A stretch of DNA of 64,000 nucleotides from Blepharisma stoltei ATCC 30299 (taxonomy: Eukaryota; Protista; Ciliophora), in assembly GCA_965603825.1 (NCBI GenBank), contig CBFDEM010000054.1:744001-808000 (forward strand), read 5' to 3'. The position numbers were made by a program, and so were the translations under genes. Numbering within the stretch: position 1 is the stretch's first letter; the number at the start of each line of letters is the position of its first letter. This document shows, piece after piece, positions 45,545 to 59,493 of the stretch. The notes beneath the pieces are model-generated. The model was not told where the DNA came from. It saw nothing but the letters and a program-made list of their open reading frames with translations, and did not search any database.

Positions 45545-48500
45545 TTATTTACGATTAAGATTTTTTATACGTTCCTTCACATCATTGATCGACACAGACT
45601 GATCTTCAGAAGACCCTGACTTGCTCAGCAAAGTATTCACCTTCGCTTTTAAGTCCGTCAGTGTAGTGCTCGTCTGGACAGGCTGGTTATTTGAAAGTCC
45701 ATATCTCTGCTTCATAAGTGCCAGCCTATTCTGGAAATCCTGGAAATTATAGCTTTCTGATGGAGGAGCATGCTCACTTTTTTCAGCTTTGCCTTCTTCT
45801 CTTAGTGCCCGCAAATCCTCAGCAATTTGGTTGGAAAGAGTCTTTGGGAGCTGGCTTAAAAGTGCTGAAAAATCAGTTTTCGAGTCTTTTTCTGTAAAAT
45901 CAAAAAATTCTTTTATGGCTTGTGGGTAGGCAGATGGGTCATTTAATCTTGAAAGAATTGAGGAAAGGATAGGATCGTTGAACATTTTATTTTGTCTTGG
46001 AGACTGGGCGACCAAAGGCTTATTGGAGCTTGAAAGAATCATATTGATCCATCTTTCTATATTATTATCTGGCTCAGGGTGTTTTCTGACAGCCTCATAC
46101 GACTGCCAGATATTTTCACCTTTTAGCTTTACAAGCTCATTTATGATAGTTTTTATCGTCTTAGTCCCCATTTCGTCTGAAGCTGGTGAAGCTCCACTCG
46201 TTGACCTATGTGTAATCAAATATTCATGCATCGCCAATAGTAATTCCTCAACTTGAATATTCTGCACAATATTTCCCAGAACTTTTGTCAATTTCAACAG
46301 ACATCTGATTATCAAGCCAGGAATTTTAGGACATAAATCGTCATTTATATATCTCGTCAGCAGCTTTATTAATACCACAAACACTTGTGTAGGCTTTCCG
46401 TTTTCTAGAATTCTCAACATAGCGCCATTAAGAGTTTTTAGCATTGCTTCACCTTCTCCTTTTTCTCCGATTTTGTCTAAATCGTCTATAAGAAGTCTTT
46501 TTAAGATTTGTTCGGATAATTGGTATAAGGAGTTATCAGATAGCCGGATCATAATAGGTTTGGTGCAGCACATCTTTATTACCACGCTTAAGAAGTATTT
46601 GGCGAACCTTAACGGGATAGTTTCAACTGGCCTCTCAAAAGTGCTGACCATTACTTTGCATAGAGCTTCAGTTAGAATATTTGCTTTGTATTGGAGCTCT
46701 ACCATATGAGATTCTTGCTCATTAATCATATAGTCATTTATAGCTACCAATGAGTCTACACGTGAACTCATATCTCCATGCTTCAGGGTCTGTATATGAT
46801 TATCTAGCTCGGTCAGGATTTCTGGCTCTGGCGCAGTCTCTTCTTCAATTACTTTTGCTTTGACTATTTCTGCTTTGTTTTCTATCTTTTCTACTACCTT
46901 TTGCCTTGGGATAATTTTTTCCTCAATTTTTGCCTCTTCGCCTACCTCTTCAGTTTCTATGAAAACCTGCACATCATTGTTTTGTGTAAAATTAGGAAAT
47001 ACAATTTCTTCTGGCTTTATAGTAATATTCGGCGAATTTGGCTTAAAATTGTTGTTTTCTTCTTCATTTTTTCTATATTTACTGTTATTTAGGGAGGTTC
47101 CTGAGATCACTTTGAATCTCTGTTCTAATAGATCTCTGACTTTGTCTGGGATGTCTCCTATGAGATTTCACACCTTGTCTCTGGTGTATTTATAGACTTC
47201 TCCGATAGTTCCAACAGCTGAGAGCCTTACATTGTTGTCTGGGCTGTTTACAAACTTCGCTATAGCTCTTATGTCTCTTGGCTGGGCTATGTTGGTGCCA
47301 TATTCTTGAATAAGGCTTGATAATTCGTCAAGACACTCAACTTTGCTTCTGGTGTTTTTGGAATTAAGCCCTTGAAGAACAGATAGAAACACTTTCTCAG
47401 GAGGATAAATTTTTGCTACATTGTGAATAATACTTCTCGTCATCGTCCTGAAAACTGCGTTATTATGTCCTGATTTTTCACACAAAATTGGTAAAAATAG
47501 TGAGGCTTCTCCATCACTAAGTACAAATCCTTCAACTTGAAGCATGGACACTATTTGTATCGACAGTTCTAATATTGACTTATATAGCTGCGTATTTGTT
47601 GTCTCAAAAAGTCTTACCCAAATGTATTTAAATATTAAATCTACCAGCTCAACCATTTCTTTTGGCTGTGTGTTTACCAAATTTGAGATATATTGGCATG
47701 CTTCAATCTGTTTTTTAAATTCAGAAGAAAACATCAAAGAGAACAAGTCAGCTGAAAAATTATTTTTTATTTGTTCCCTGAGCTTTTCCACAAACTCTTC
47801 TCTCAAATCATCGACTGTTCATTTATTTTTCAAATCTTGTTCAAGTCTTTTTTCTTTGTTTCCACTGCTCAGTACTGAAAAGTCTTGTGAAGGTATAAGA
47901 TCGCCTCTTGAAGGACTTTTAGGAGGCTCCGCTTCAGCTGGTTTTGGATTTAGCTTTAAACGTGTGGGACGTGAATTTGCTTTTGAAGCCTTAGAAGCTT
48001 TTGAATTCGCTTGAGGCTCTATTTGAGGGGCCTCTGATATCACAACTGCAGGAGTTGTCCTATATTTATCCAAAATCAAGCACAAACTATTCATTACCGC
48101 CGGCTTCAGGTCTTTTAAGCATGGCTGGAATGCTTCCATTCCTATATAATTAATAACTTCTGCAAACAGCAGCTCAGTCGCATTTCTAATACTTGCGCTT
48201 CTATCTTGTAAACATGAAATTATTCCTGGGATCAGCAGCTTTAAGTCGCATTTAGGCAAGTTTTCCTTGTGGGCCAAGAGTCAGTTTAGCAGCTCAGTTC
48301 TAAGCTCAGGGTTATCTAAAGTTAAAGGGGTTGCACTATGGTTTATGATGTCTTCAGGGCCAACTTCTTGTGCCCATTTATCAATAGAAGCAAGGGCTTC
48401 TTGTCTTAGCAAACTGTTTTTGTCTGATAAATTGGACAAGACGTTAGGGATGATTGCTTTGGAATAGACTTTTGAGTCATTCCCCATAGCTTGTGCAAGC

Positions 48501-51319
48501 TTAGAAACTAATGCTAAACTTTGTCTGACGAGGGATTTATTTGGGTCATTCAGTCTTTCTTTTATAGCTTTTATTAGCTGCTCAAGTCCTGCTGGCAGAA
48601 TCCTCATTCCGCTTTGGTCTAAGGACGCTTCTACCGCTTCCAAGCCTTCTTTCCTGATTTTCCAATTGGTGTCGCTGATTTTCTTTAGAATGGCTGGAGT
48701 AATTGACTGAGAAATATTTGCCCTAGGAAAAGAAGCATCCAGCATTTTATTTGGGTCGATTTTGGACTCTTCTGAGCCTTTAATCTGCTTATAATTGGCT
48801 GTTTTTATGATTTCTGTCTTAGAAAAGTCTTCTTGTAAGACTTTCAGTGTGGCTTCTTTTATATCTGATATAAAAGGCAGGATTTTGTCCCCAATGTAAC
48901 TGTAAATTTGGATAGTCAAGCTATGTGAAGCTTTTTTTATTATAGGGTTTGTTTGGCTTAGCCCAGATTTAGCATACTCAATGACTTCTTTTAAATTTAC
49001 TGTATGAGCCCCGAATTCTCCTATAATTTTTCCTATAACAATGCAGCACTCTGAAACAACTTTAGGCTTATTGCAGTCAGATGTATTTTTTACAATCTGC
49101 CCTATCACAAATTTAGGCCCAAGGTCTTCACATAATGCTGATATACAAGTACTCAAGCTTTCTACAAGTTTATTATCAGAAAATTTATCCAATGCTAAAG
49201 AATTCAGTGCTATAACTCCTGACCTTTTTGTTATATTACAATTTTGTGCCAAATATGTTATCAATTCAAATGCTGCTTTATTGACATTAAAATTATTTTC
49301 TTTTCAATCTTTTACAGTGCTTTTAATAAATCTTGATAAAGCTTCGTTGTTTTCTGATGCTACTGGAATGTTTGTAGAGGCCCATTCTTGAAGCAGCTGC
49401 AGGCCGCTTTGCTTTTCTTTCCAGGCGCTGTCTTTTAGTTTGGTAAATACCTCAGTAGGAATAAGGCTAGAAATAACAGTTTCAGCGTCTTCTGCTGAAA
49501 TGGCTGTTCCTAATTCTTCTTCTCCTGATGGGGCTGATGGATTGTTTGTGGCCTGTCTTTGCAAAGCTGGGACAGGCTGGTTTTTAGGTTTACTCGCCGC
49601 TTTTGTAGGAGGCGGACTCTTTTCTCTTGGCTTTGGCTCATTTTCTTCACTGTTAGCAAACTTCGTGTCCCCAGCCTCCTCAAGCTTTTTCATTTTCGCA
49701 GGCGGCAAATCCCTAATAATTGGATTTATCACGTCAGGACACTTAATTAGTAGCGTATTCAGTACCTTAAATGAGGTGTTTCTCACCTCTAATGCACTAT
49801 CATCTAAATTTTTCTTAAAAATAACTGCAATTCTGCTCGCTATTCTATTAACGACTTCATTAGGCTGTGTTGAAAAAATCTTTTCAAGCCAAATCGATGC
49901 ATTTATTTTTACTGATGGCGTCTTGTCTTCAAGCGCTTCTTTTATATCATCAAGGACCTGCTCCAAGCTGACACTATATAAAAGATTGTCGAGCCCTATA
50001 TGGGCTTCTTGTATTACCTGCGGCTTCTTGTCTTTGAATTTCATTATCATCATTGGGAAAAACTGCTTCGCAAAGCTATCGAAATATTTTCGCTGGCCTT
50101 TGGCGAGCAAGCCTATAAGTCTCATAGCTTGGACCATCACATTTATATTGCTGTCGTTAAACAGCCTTTTCGCAAGTGTTGTAAGGGCAATAGGACTTTT
50201 TTCAGCAAGTTTAGGATAGTTTAGATCATTATTGAGCTCTTCGAGAGCGTTCTTTTTGTCGATCCATTTTTCCATTGCAAGCACAGACTCTGTTCATCTT
50301 TCATTATACTTGTTGAACACATCCTTTGCATCTGCCATGTCATAAATATCTATTGCAGGAGCAGGAGCTCTAGTACTGCTAGGTTTAGATTCCTCAATTT
50401 TAGGCTCTTGTCCCGCCATGTATCTGATTGGAATTGGAGGGTCAATGATATCTTCAAAGGCTTTTTCTAGCTCATCTTTTTGAGCTTTTTTAAGCTTTTC
50501 AACGCTAGACTTGATAAGTTCACGGACCCATCTATATGTTTCTTTATAAAAGTTTAGAGCTTCTCCTCTTACTTGGGCATTGCTGACTGAAGCAAATTTT
50601 TCGATAATATCAATAAAAGGCTTATGAGAAAATGCTTTTACCCCAAAATTATTTATAAGCAAATTCACAGCAGAAATAGCTGCTGCTTGGATTTTGATAT
50701 TTTTGTTATTTAAAGCTCCAATTAGTCCTTGAATGAATTTTTCTGTGTTATTGTTGTTATGTAAAGCATAGAAGTCAAGAAGGAAATTAGAGGATTTTTG
50801 TTTGATTTGCTGCTTGGCTGAGCTTAGTGCTTTTTCAATGAGGGTTCTCACTATTGTCTCGCTTTGAGAAATAATAAGATCTGGTCGAGATGTATTATAT
50901 ACTGATAATATTTCTAATGCATTTTCCTGTACTCCTACATGTGAATCAGAAATAAATTTTGCCAGTTTGTCAGCATACTCTTCAAATGGAGGATCTGGGC
51001 TGTTTTTCAATAAATTCATTAATTCCTCAATAGCTTTCATTCTTGAATTTCATGATTTCGATTCCAATCTATCACTAAGCGGCCCGGTTTCCTCTTCTTT
51101 AGTCTCTTCTTCCTTAGGGAATTCTTCTAGAGAGAAGTTATAAGCTCCAGTCCCTCCTAAAGGTTTTTCATTTTGATCTTTAAATTGAATATCATCACTT
51201 GAAATATTATATGTTGAAGCGCCCTTCAGGGGAATTTCATCTATTGGTATAGAGCCAGCAAAATCTGATGAAATGCTGCGATTCTTGCTGCCAGATATGG
51301 GAATTTCGTCGTAAGACAT
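45545..51319 (-). CDS. XMAP215: XMAP215/chTOG/MOR1 TOG-domain microtubule polymerase (~1924 aa)
   Basis: Seven ORFs in one frame joined by six TGA codons; TOG starts SKS(W), MEKWIDKK, DSAWKEK, DTNWKIRKE, SSEFKKQ; NSKNTRSKVECL and the conserved C-terminal helical domain. Confidence 0.93.
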
Positions 51320-51388
51320 ATTAAAATATTATTTTAGTTAAGTTTAGAAGCATGTTTATGTCATTGAAAGTAAAAATAGTTAAAATAA

Positions 51389-52309
51389 ATGTCGTTAATT
51401 GAGGGTATAAAAATCAACGAAGTTTGCGATGATAATGAATGAATAGTTGGAAACAGGAAAAAAGTAATTGAGGATAAGAAAAATGTAAAAAAAATAAATG
51501 AAATTTGCGTGAAGTTTTTGTGAAGGGCTGTCAGCTGCATTTTTAAAAAGAAAATTTCGATTTTTTTTGATTTGTTGCTTGAAATAAGATGCAAAGATTC
51601 AAATGTGCTGAAGTTTTCTTGCAGCATAGATAAAATCCTAAAACTCAAGCAAGAAATTTTGAAATTTCAAACTTTCGATTTCATAAAAAAATGATTTTTG
51701 ATGCATAAAAGTTCTAGATGTGAAATTAAAAATAAAAGTTTAGCTCAATTCTCAAATAGAACTATTCAGAATTATAATATAAAATTTTATGAACTCATAG
51801 ATAAAATCATTCATAAACGAAAGTTAGAAATCCTTTGAAATATCAAACATCATTGTGCTAGATTTTTGGGATATAAAAACAGAGAGCTAGATTCAGCCAA
51901 AAGGAGCGCAGTTAATCGAAACTGTAATCTATTGAAGGAAAATTTTAATCTTTTTCAAAAAAATGAGAGATTTAAAAGCCTGAAGAAAAATCAGGAGAAA
52001 AGAAGCTTTAATGTTGAAAAAATAAGAGGAATTTTTGATTTAGCAATTATTCTTAATCCAAAATTATTAGTAGTCAAATATGAAGCCTTCCAGAAACTTT
52101 ATCTTAATTTCATCTCAACAGAACTAAGCTCTAGTCTCAACTTAAAATCTCTTGAGAAAATGCTTATTTATGAAAAAAAGAAAGTAAAAATGCTGCCAAC
52201 TTATTTTTTAGAAAATGATGTAGTCAAATCATTAAACTCCACCTATGTAAAAGAAGAAAGTCGACAAATAATATCGTTTTCAATGAATAAATCTGCCAAA
52301 ATGCTGTAA
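51389..52309 (+). CDS. Hypothetical Lys-rich helical protein (~306 aa)
   Basis: ATG 51389 is open through four TGA codons into the listed ORF 51866-52309. Confidence 0.65.
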
Positions 52310-52322
52310 TAATTAATATAAT

Positions 52323-54590
52323 TTAGTGATCGCTTTGATAAGACTGTCGCCTAACTCCAATATCAGATGAGCCCAACAACTGTTTTCTCTCCGTATCAAC
52401 ATCTTTAACAACAGCCCCGCTATATCCGACTGTAGACCTTCTCATTCTTCCTTTGTCTTCCCAATAGTTATAATTTGCCTTCGCTTGCTCCAAGCACAGC
52501 TTTGTAATCATCTCAGACTTCAAAAATTGGCACCAAACCTCAAACAGTGGTATACAAATATTTTTCAAAAACCCAGCCTGGCTTTTGGGCAAATCTGTAT
52601 TTTCTCTATCACAATACATAGAAACTGGCTGTTTTCTTGATTTTTCTACATCTCCTTGCTTAAAGAATTCTTCACATACCAACTCGGTCCATTTTTCATG
52701 CAAGTCTTTGAGTTTTGCACTGTGGCCAATATCTGCACATTTAAGGCCCATTGATAAAATCAAAGTTTTGTCGTCTTGGTTCTCCAAATTTAAGTCTAGA
52801 AGGCTGAGAGCTCTTGTCCTGAACCTCCCTAAAATTTCAAAATGCCTTGACATGTCTGTTTCAAGGACGATCGCAATGATGAGTTTTCTTGCTTTAGCCC
52901 AGTCGTCAGGCTGCAATTTTTCAAATATATTGCAGCCGGTTTTTGCCATCATGCTGAATATTTTAAAGCAGTGCATGTTTTCTAATACACTATTGTCGTT
53001 ATACTGGATTGCGATTTCATCTCGATTATTTACTAAGAATCTATTTGTAACGCCTGGATGGCCTACATCGTGGCCTAAAGCCCCAACTATTATAGAAATA
53101 GTGTCAAGAGGACTCAAATTTTTTAGAAATTCCCCATTGAGGCAAAAAAATAGCATCGTGTGCAGTACATCAGCAGCGTGGCAGGCATTGTGATATGGGT
53201 TATGATTATATCCCTAAATAATTATTACTTTTTCTACAGTCTGAAAATATTTATCACATACATCTTCTGGAATTGCGAAACTTTCCATTAGATTCCACTT
53301 TTGAAGCAGATATTTTGCAACTATAAAAATACTATGCCCAGTCGTATTATATACAAACCAAATATCAAAATTTCAGTTTTTTCCTACTGAAAACAAAACA
53401 CTTTCCAGCTCTGCTACTCCGTAGCTGTGGAAAGGAAAAGCTGTTTCTTTTTCTGTAATATCACTCATAGTTACTTTTCTGTCATTTCTTTCTCTGCTCA
53501 TTTCAACAGTCACATTCATGTAGTTTTCTTTGATAAATGCTTTGTCTTGCTCATCTAAATTTAAGCTCTGCTCAAGCTTAACATCATCAAAAAAAGATCC
53601 ATGAGCGACTCTACGCTTGACTTTATCAATCAGTCCCATGGCTTGTTTTAGTCTTTTTTTAACATCTTTAAAAATTATAACGTGATAAGCGTATTTTAGC
53701 TCTTGCCTGATTTTGTCGCAAGAATTTATTATTATTTCAGTTTCTGATTTTATGTCAATTTTGTTGGTATTTTCGTCGATTTTTTTGCTGTGCTCGATTC
53801 CTTCTTCTTCTTTTTCTTTTCTTCAGAATAGTTGGCGGGTTCGAAAATCAATCTTTTGGGAATCGAAAGTTTGGAGGACGAAAAATAAGCAAATAAGACA
53901 AAATTCGCTTAGGGTTGAGTATACTGATAATCGAGAATAACCGATCTCCACACCCAAAAATAGCACTAGAGCATAAACTACTAAAATAACTAAGTAATAA
54001 AAACATTCAAAAAGAACTAGTCTTAATAGCACTAAGAAGCACACAATACCTATTGACATAGGCAGTCTGCTTTCTGTATGATTTGAGTCCGTAATTTCTG
54101 ATAAAACTCTTTGGTCCCCAACTATAAGGTAAGTAAAAAATAACAAGCCTAAAGCCAAAAAAAATACTCTGTTTTGAATAAGAAATCATTGACTTTTATA
54201 TATGCAGAATAGTAATACATAGCCAAAAAGCACGATTCCACCTAAACATATTAGATGAAATGCAAGCTGAGTGTCTGAAAGTTTTCCTTCTGAGTGCAGT
54301 AATAACGCAAATATTACAAGAATTGCTATATATATTGATAAAAACAAATAAAAGCACAATAGATTGCTTTTAAATTCGGGACTAGGCTTTGTACATTCAT
54401 CTTTACATGTATATAAAGCTTGGTAATATTTCTGATTTAAATGCTTATCTGCGAAATTGAGCAAGTTAGGACTAATTGGAAGGTTAGATACCTCACGGTC
54501 TTCATGCTGCAAAATGCTGTATATAGGAGAATTACTCTGCTTTGAAATCGGTTGATCTATAAAATTCAGTTCGAGGATCTTTGAGGACAT
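52323..54590 (-). CDS. Membrane-anchored class I 3',5'-cyclic nucleotide phosphodiesterase (~750 aa)
   Basis: About six N-terminal TMs; (W)NFDI, NPYHNACHAADV, HDVGHPGVTN, LENMH, ETDMSRHF, KCADIGH, SQAGF; three TGA plus intron 53214-53228. Confidence 0.92.
53214..53228 (-). other. 15-nt spliceosomal intron
   Basis: Minus strand GTAATAATTATTTAG; in-frame TAG just before GYNHNPYHN. Confidence 0.88.
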
Positions 54591-55587
54591 CAGTTTTTTG
54601 ATAAAGTAATTATTAATTTATGAATAATCAATGGAAATCAAATTTGATTTGAAAGATTAGGGTATAGGCAATTTATCAGGAGTTTTTAATTAAATTCTGA
54701 AATAGTTTTTTATTTTTTATTAGAGAATTTAATAAAATCAAGAGCTATTAAAAATTAAAAAGCTAAAGAATTATCAGCAATGAAATAAGTTCCTGAGCTT
54801 GGAATGATTTTATAAATATAAAAATTTGAGTTTTAATCTTTTATTAACTCTCCAGCTTTGAGTGGATATGACAATTTTTAAGAAAAATTAATTATTAAAA
54901 TTATAAACATCAATTAATTCTTTTTTTTAATGTTAATTCATAAAGTTTTACTTCTAAAAATATAATTAAAAAGGCTAAAAGAATCAATTTTATTTGATAA
55001 AGGACGATAATTGATTTTTATAAAGATCTTTAATTTTATTATAATCCTTTTACTTATCAATTTAGTTATGATTATTTTATAAAAATTATTAAATATATGT
55101 TCGATTTTGCAATTTAATTAATATTTATTATATACTTACTTTTCTCAATTAAATTTAATTTGAAATTTTCATGTAAATTAAACTTTGCGATTTGCAAATA
55201 AATTAAGAGGAGACTTGATTTAATCGAGGTAATATGGCGATAAATATACCAATATAAAAATGAGAGAGATTTACCTTAGACCAATGCTTAGCTATATAAA
55301 TTAGAAGAGCATATAGATACTCAAGAAAGGGATTTGAGCTAATATAGTCTCAAACAGATAATGCCAATAAGTCTTTACGGAATTTAAAATTTATTATTGT
55401 AATAAGAAAATACAATAGACACACTAAACAAAGAATTCTGAAAAAAGATTATAAAAATTATAACGTCTAATTATTATGATGGAAATAAAAACCTTTAAAA
55501 CTAAATTCTCCCAATTAAATTTCCATCTTACTAATCAAGTAAAAATTATCACTGAAAAATTAAAAATAAATTGTCCATTATAAAATA

Positions 55588-56400
55588 ATGGCAGAAAGAA
55601 TTTTTATTGACACCCAATCTGCAAATGCGATGATTGATAACGGTTCTGCATACGTAATAGACTCTACATTATTGCAAAACGAAAATTCAAGGATAAAGCA
55701 TTTTGAAAACAGAATTAGAGGTGCTAAATATTTTTCTATTGCTGAAATCAGAGATACATCTGCACCATTGTCGTTGGCTTGGCCTACTTTTCAACAGTTT
55801 ACTGAAGCTATGATTAAGATAAGGCTGCCAAATGATGGAAAAGCAGTTATCGTATATGATCAAACAGGATTTGGGACTGCTGCAAGAGGATGGGCAATGC
55901 TGAAATATTTTGGGTATCCAAATGTGTTTATCCTTGATGGGGGATTGCCTAAATGGGTAGCTGAAGGAAGACCAACTGAGACTGGGGAATATGAGCTCAA
56001 TTTTACAGACCCAGTTGATTGGCGTCAATATTTAGTCACTGAGCATCACGAAATGAGGGTTCTTATAGACACAGTCGAACAAATAGTGAACCAAAAGAAT
56101 AGCGGGGACAACAGGTTTGCCATTTGGGACCCAAGACCGCCCAATATGTTCCAAGCAGGCAGTATCCCTACTGCAGTTAATCTGCCAGCTTCCACATTCT
56201 TTAATGCTGATAAAACTATCAAGTCTCCAGAAGAGGTCAGAGAACTGCTTCAGCAACACGGCTTAGGAGGGGAAGTCATTACATCTTGCATGAAAGGAAT
56301 TAATGCATCTTTAGGCTATGCCTTACAGAAATACTCAGGAAATGATCATGCTCATATATACACTGGGTCTTTTGAAGAGTGGAAAAAGCTTAAAGGCTAA
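55588..56400 (+). CDS. Two-domain rhodanese (TST/MPST-like sulfurtransferase)
   Basis: RIRGAKYF, AARGWAMLKYFG..VFILDGGLPKW, SCMKGINA catalytic loop, IYTGSFEEW. Confidence 0.9.
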   Translation: MAERIFIDTQSANAMIDNGSAYVIDSTLLQNENSRIKHFENRIRGAKYFSIAEIRDTSAPLSLAWPTFQQFTEAMIKIRLPNDGKAVIVYDQTGFGTAARGWAMLKYFGYPNVFILDGGLPKWVAEGRPTETGEYELNFTDPVDWRQYLVTEHHEMRVLIDTVEQIVNQKNSGDNRFAIWDPRPPNMFQAGSIPTAVNLPASTFFNADKTIKSPEEVRELLQQHGLGGEVITSCMKGINASLGYALQKYSGNDHAHIYTGSFEEWKKLKG

Positions 56401-56511
56401 AAATAATTCTTTTTACTGCAATGAATTAGAATTTCTAACATTAATAAAGTTCACATAAAAATAAGTTGCCATATTCATTTAAAACTCATCTTAATGTCTA
56501 AGCATAATTTT

Positions 56512-57693
56512 ATGCTTTTCACATTGTTTCTATTACTTGGAACTGCTATTAGTGATCAAATTGTAAGTGTCGTCTCCACATTTAGACATGGTGCAAGAGC
56601 TCCGATGTCACAATCTTCATGAGACAAAGGAATCTGGCCTCAAGGCTATGCTGAATTAACTCCTGCAGGAATGAGGCAGCAATATCTGAACGGAGTCGAA
56701 ATGGCTTATAGGTACATTAGCCAGTCACAGACTATCAGCCCCACCTACACAGCTGCAGAAATTTACGTAAGGTCAACAGATACAAACCGGACTATTATGA
56801 GTGCCCAAAGTCAATTATTTGGGATATATCCAACAGGTCCTCAAATTGCAACCCAAGCTTTGCAGCAAGGTGCAGTTCCACCTTTTAAAGTAAAAAACCA
56901 GCAGCAATATATCTCCGCATTAGGAACAAATGCACTTCCTAATGGGTTTCAGCCTATTCCAATCCATGTGGTATCGGCCAATTATGATAATATGCTAGTT
57001 GGGTACACAACTGCAGCATGTCCCAGGTTTGCTGAAATTCTTCAGCAGCAACAAGAATCTGAAGAATACCAAAGAAAAGTCAGTATTTATTCCCGAGGGC
57101 TGCAGAACCAAGTTTACCAAGTTTTTAAAGAAAATGTCACCTATGAAATGGCTGGGTATATGTGTGACACGCTGACTGCTGACAAATTTCATGGTTTCCC
57201 TTTGCCTGATGGAGTTACAGACGATCTTTACTATGAAATGTACGCAAACCAGAATTACACGAACAGCTATTTTTATACCCCAGAAGGCGCTAGACTAGCA
57301 GGGTCCCAATTTTTCCAAGCGGTTATAAATCAGTTTGATGGGACTATTAATGGAACTTCAAGCATAAAATTTGGATTTTATTCAGCACATGATACAACAC
57401 TTATAGGATTTTTAATTTTTCTTGGGGTTTGGGACGGAAATAACCCAATTTATGCATCAAGTTTGATTTTTGAGCTTCACAATAATGCAGGAAATTACGC
57501 TGTTCATATTTCGTACAATGGAGATATAATTTTGCTAGATGGGTGTACAGATCCTTGTCCTTATGAAACTTTTAAAACGATGATGGAAGATAAAATAGTG
57601 CCAAATGTAACAGAAGCTTGCCAATTACAAGGTAATGGAAGGATGCTTAGGTATAACTATAACCCATATCTTGATATTGATACTTTAACTTAA
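56512..57693 (+). CDS. Secreted/lysosomal histidine acid phosphatase (~393 aa)
   Basis: Signal peptide, RHGARAP, S(W=TGA)DKGIWPQGYAELT, RST..NRTIMSA, YSAHDTT. Confidence 0.92.
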
Positions 57694-58176
57694 TTAAGAA
57701 TGAGTTAGTAAAAAAATAAAAATTTCAGGTAAAAATAAATTTATTTAATTCTTTAGATGAGAAAGCACATTGGATAACCTCAAATTAATATAGAGGGCTA
57801 AAGCACAAGCTATAATAGTTGCTGTATTAGGAAATATATACAAATTACCTTATTTTTATCCCATTATATAGTCTTCATTAGCCATTATAAATGGAAATTA
57901 TCCTAAGCTGATCGGGATAACACACATTCCTACCTACAAATTTTTATTTATAAAATAACTATTTATTAATCATGCCCGAATTCAAATAAATTTTCTATGA
58001 TTTATTTTTTATTTTTATTTCTTAAATTTATGTTGGCTTATCTGATATCAATATATAAATATATTCTAATTATTATTTTTCCTTTATGAAGAAAATTCTT
58101 ATCTAAATTATCCAATTTTTAGTCATATCTTGCCATATTCGGCCAAAAATAAACCACATATAATAATAAAAAGGTC

Positions 58177-58368
58177 ATGGGAAATACTGCAGTAAGACAG
58201 AGCTTCACACACATTTCACACACCAACAAGCAATCTAATTTAAGCACCAAATTCACTCAATCGGCTAGTTCAATGCAACCAACGCATCAAAGTCAACATC
58301 AAGGAATTAATTATTCTTCAGTGTTTGATGAAGGAAAGGTATGGGCAAGTGCAATTTATGTTGACTAA
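58177..58368 (+). CDS. Small hypothetical protein (63 aa), possibly N-myristoylated
   Basis: MGNTAV start, coding-like composition within AT-rich intergenic DNA, TAA stop. Confidence 0.45.
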   Translation: MGNTAVRQSFTHISHTNKQSNLSTKFTQSASSMQPTHQSQHQGINYSSVFDEGKVWASAIYVD

Positions 58369-59493
58369 TTAACTTCTGAATAACCTTCAGAATTATAAAT
58401 AATTAAGTTAAATTCTTAAAACCAAAGGATTTAGATTTTTGGCTGGATATTTTTGGAGTTGGTCCCAAAACTGAACGAAATTACTGAAATAAAATGGGAT
58501 ATGGATGGGAAGTCGAAATTTTGAAATACAAAAATGATTAGGTAAAATAAGAAAAATTATTATAAATAAAATTAAAAGCAGTGATTTATATTTAAAGATT
58601 GGCTGATCTGGGAAAATATTATGATAAAAATTTTAAAAGGTTAATGAGTGAGATTATGAATAGCAAGAAAAACATTTGGATTATTCAGTTTATTTGTGTA
58701 GATTATAATTTAATAGATGAGTCTATATACAATTCATATATTTGGCTGCCTGGAATTATGCTGATAAAGAAATTATAAAAGGGAGAATAATTAGTGCCGG
58801 GATTATTACTTCATATTTAAAATAGCAATTTTAATAAATGTCGCTTTCTGATTAAATTATTTCCAAGCTAAGTAAGTACCTTTCATGTTTTATTCAAAAA
58901 CTTTAGGCTATTATGGATAAAGGTTAAAATGACTGAAAAAATTTCTGCACATAAATTGGATAAGAAAATGCATTAAAGTATGCAAATTTCATATTAAAAT
59001 TTTATAATATTAAAGATTAATTTATAGCATTATCTACAAATAAATGCTTTAATGCATTTTGAATTCACATCCTTTAGCCTCAATGAATTTAAATCGACTT
59101 CTTTCTTATAAATGTCCCATGGCCTGAAGACTTCACACACTTTTTATACTTTCCTTCTAATTTTTGTGTCCATAAACTCTATCTAGTAGTCTGTGTCAAA
59201 GGCCCCTTGCTCCTAGCCATTTTTTCGTAATATTTTGGTCTATTTAATTTTTTTCCAAAGAAATTTAAAATATACCATTTTGGTATGAATAAATCTCTAA
59301 TATAAATGCAAAGTGGCTAAATAAATTTCAGTTCTCTTGTGCAATTCACTTTTATGCATTTTTTTGATTAATCAAATAAAAATTTTTAAGCTATTTGTTA
59401 AAAATTAAATATTTTGGCAAGAAAATGAGACATATAATAATTAGAAAACTTCTTTTTCATATTAATAGACATTATGGGTAAACAATAAAATTA

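Noticed and set aside
58965-59060. 14-bp inverted repeat AAAATGCATTAAAG...CTTTAATGCATTTT
   Set aside because: Very AT-rich, does not extend, and has no clear target duplication; plausible by chance
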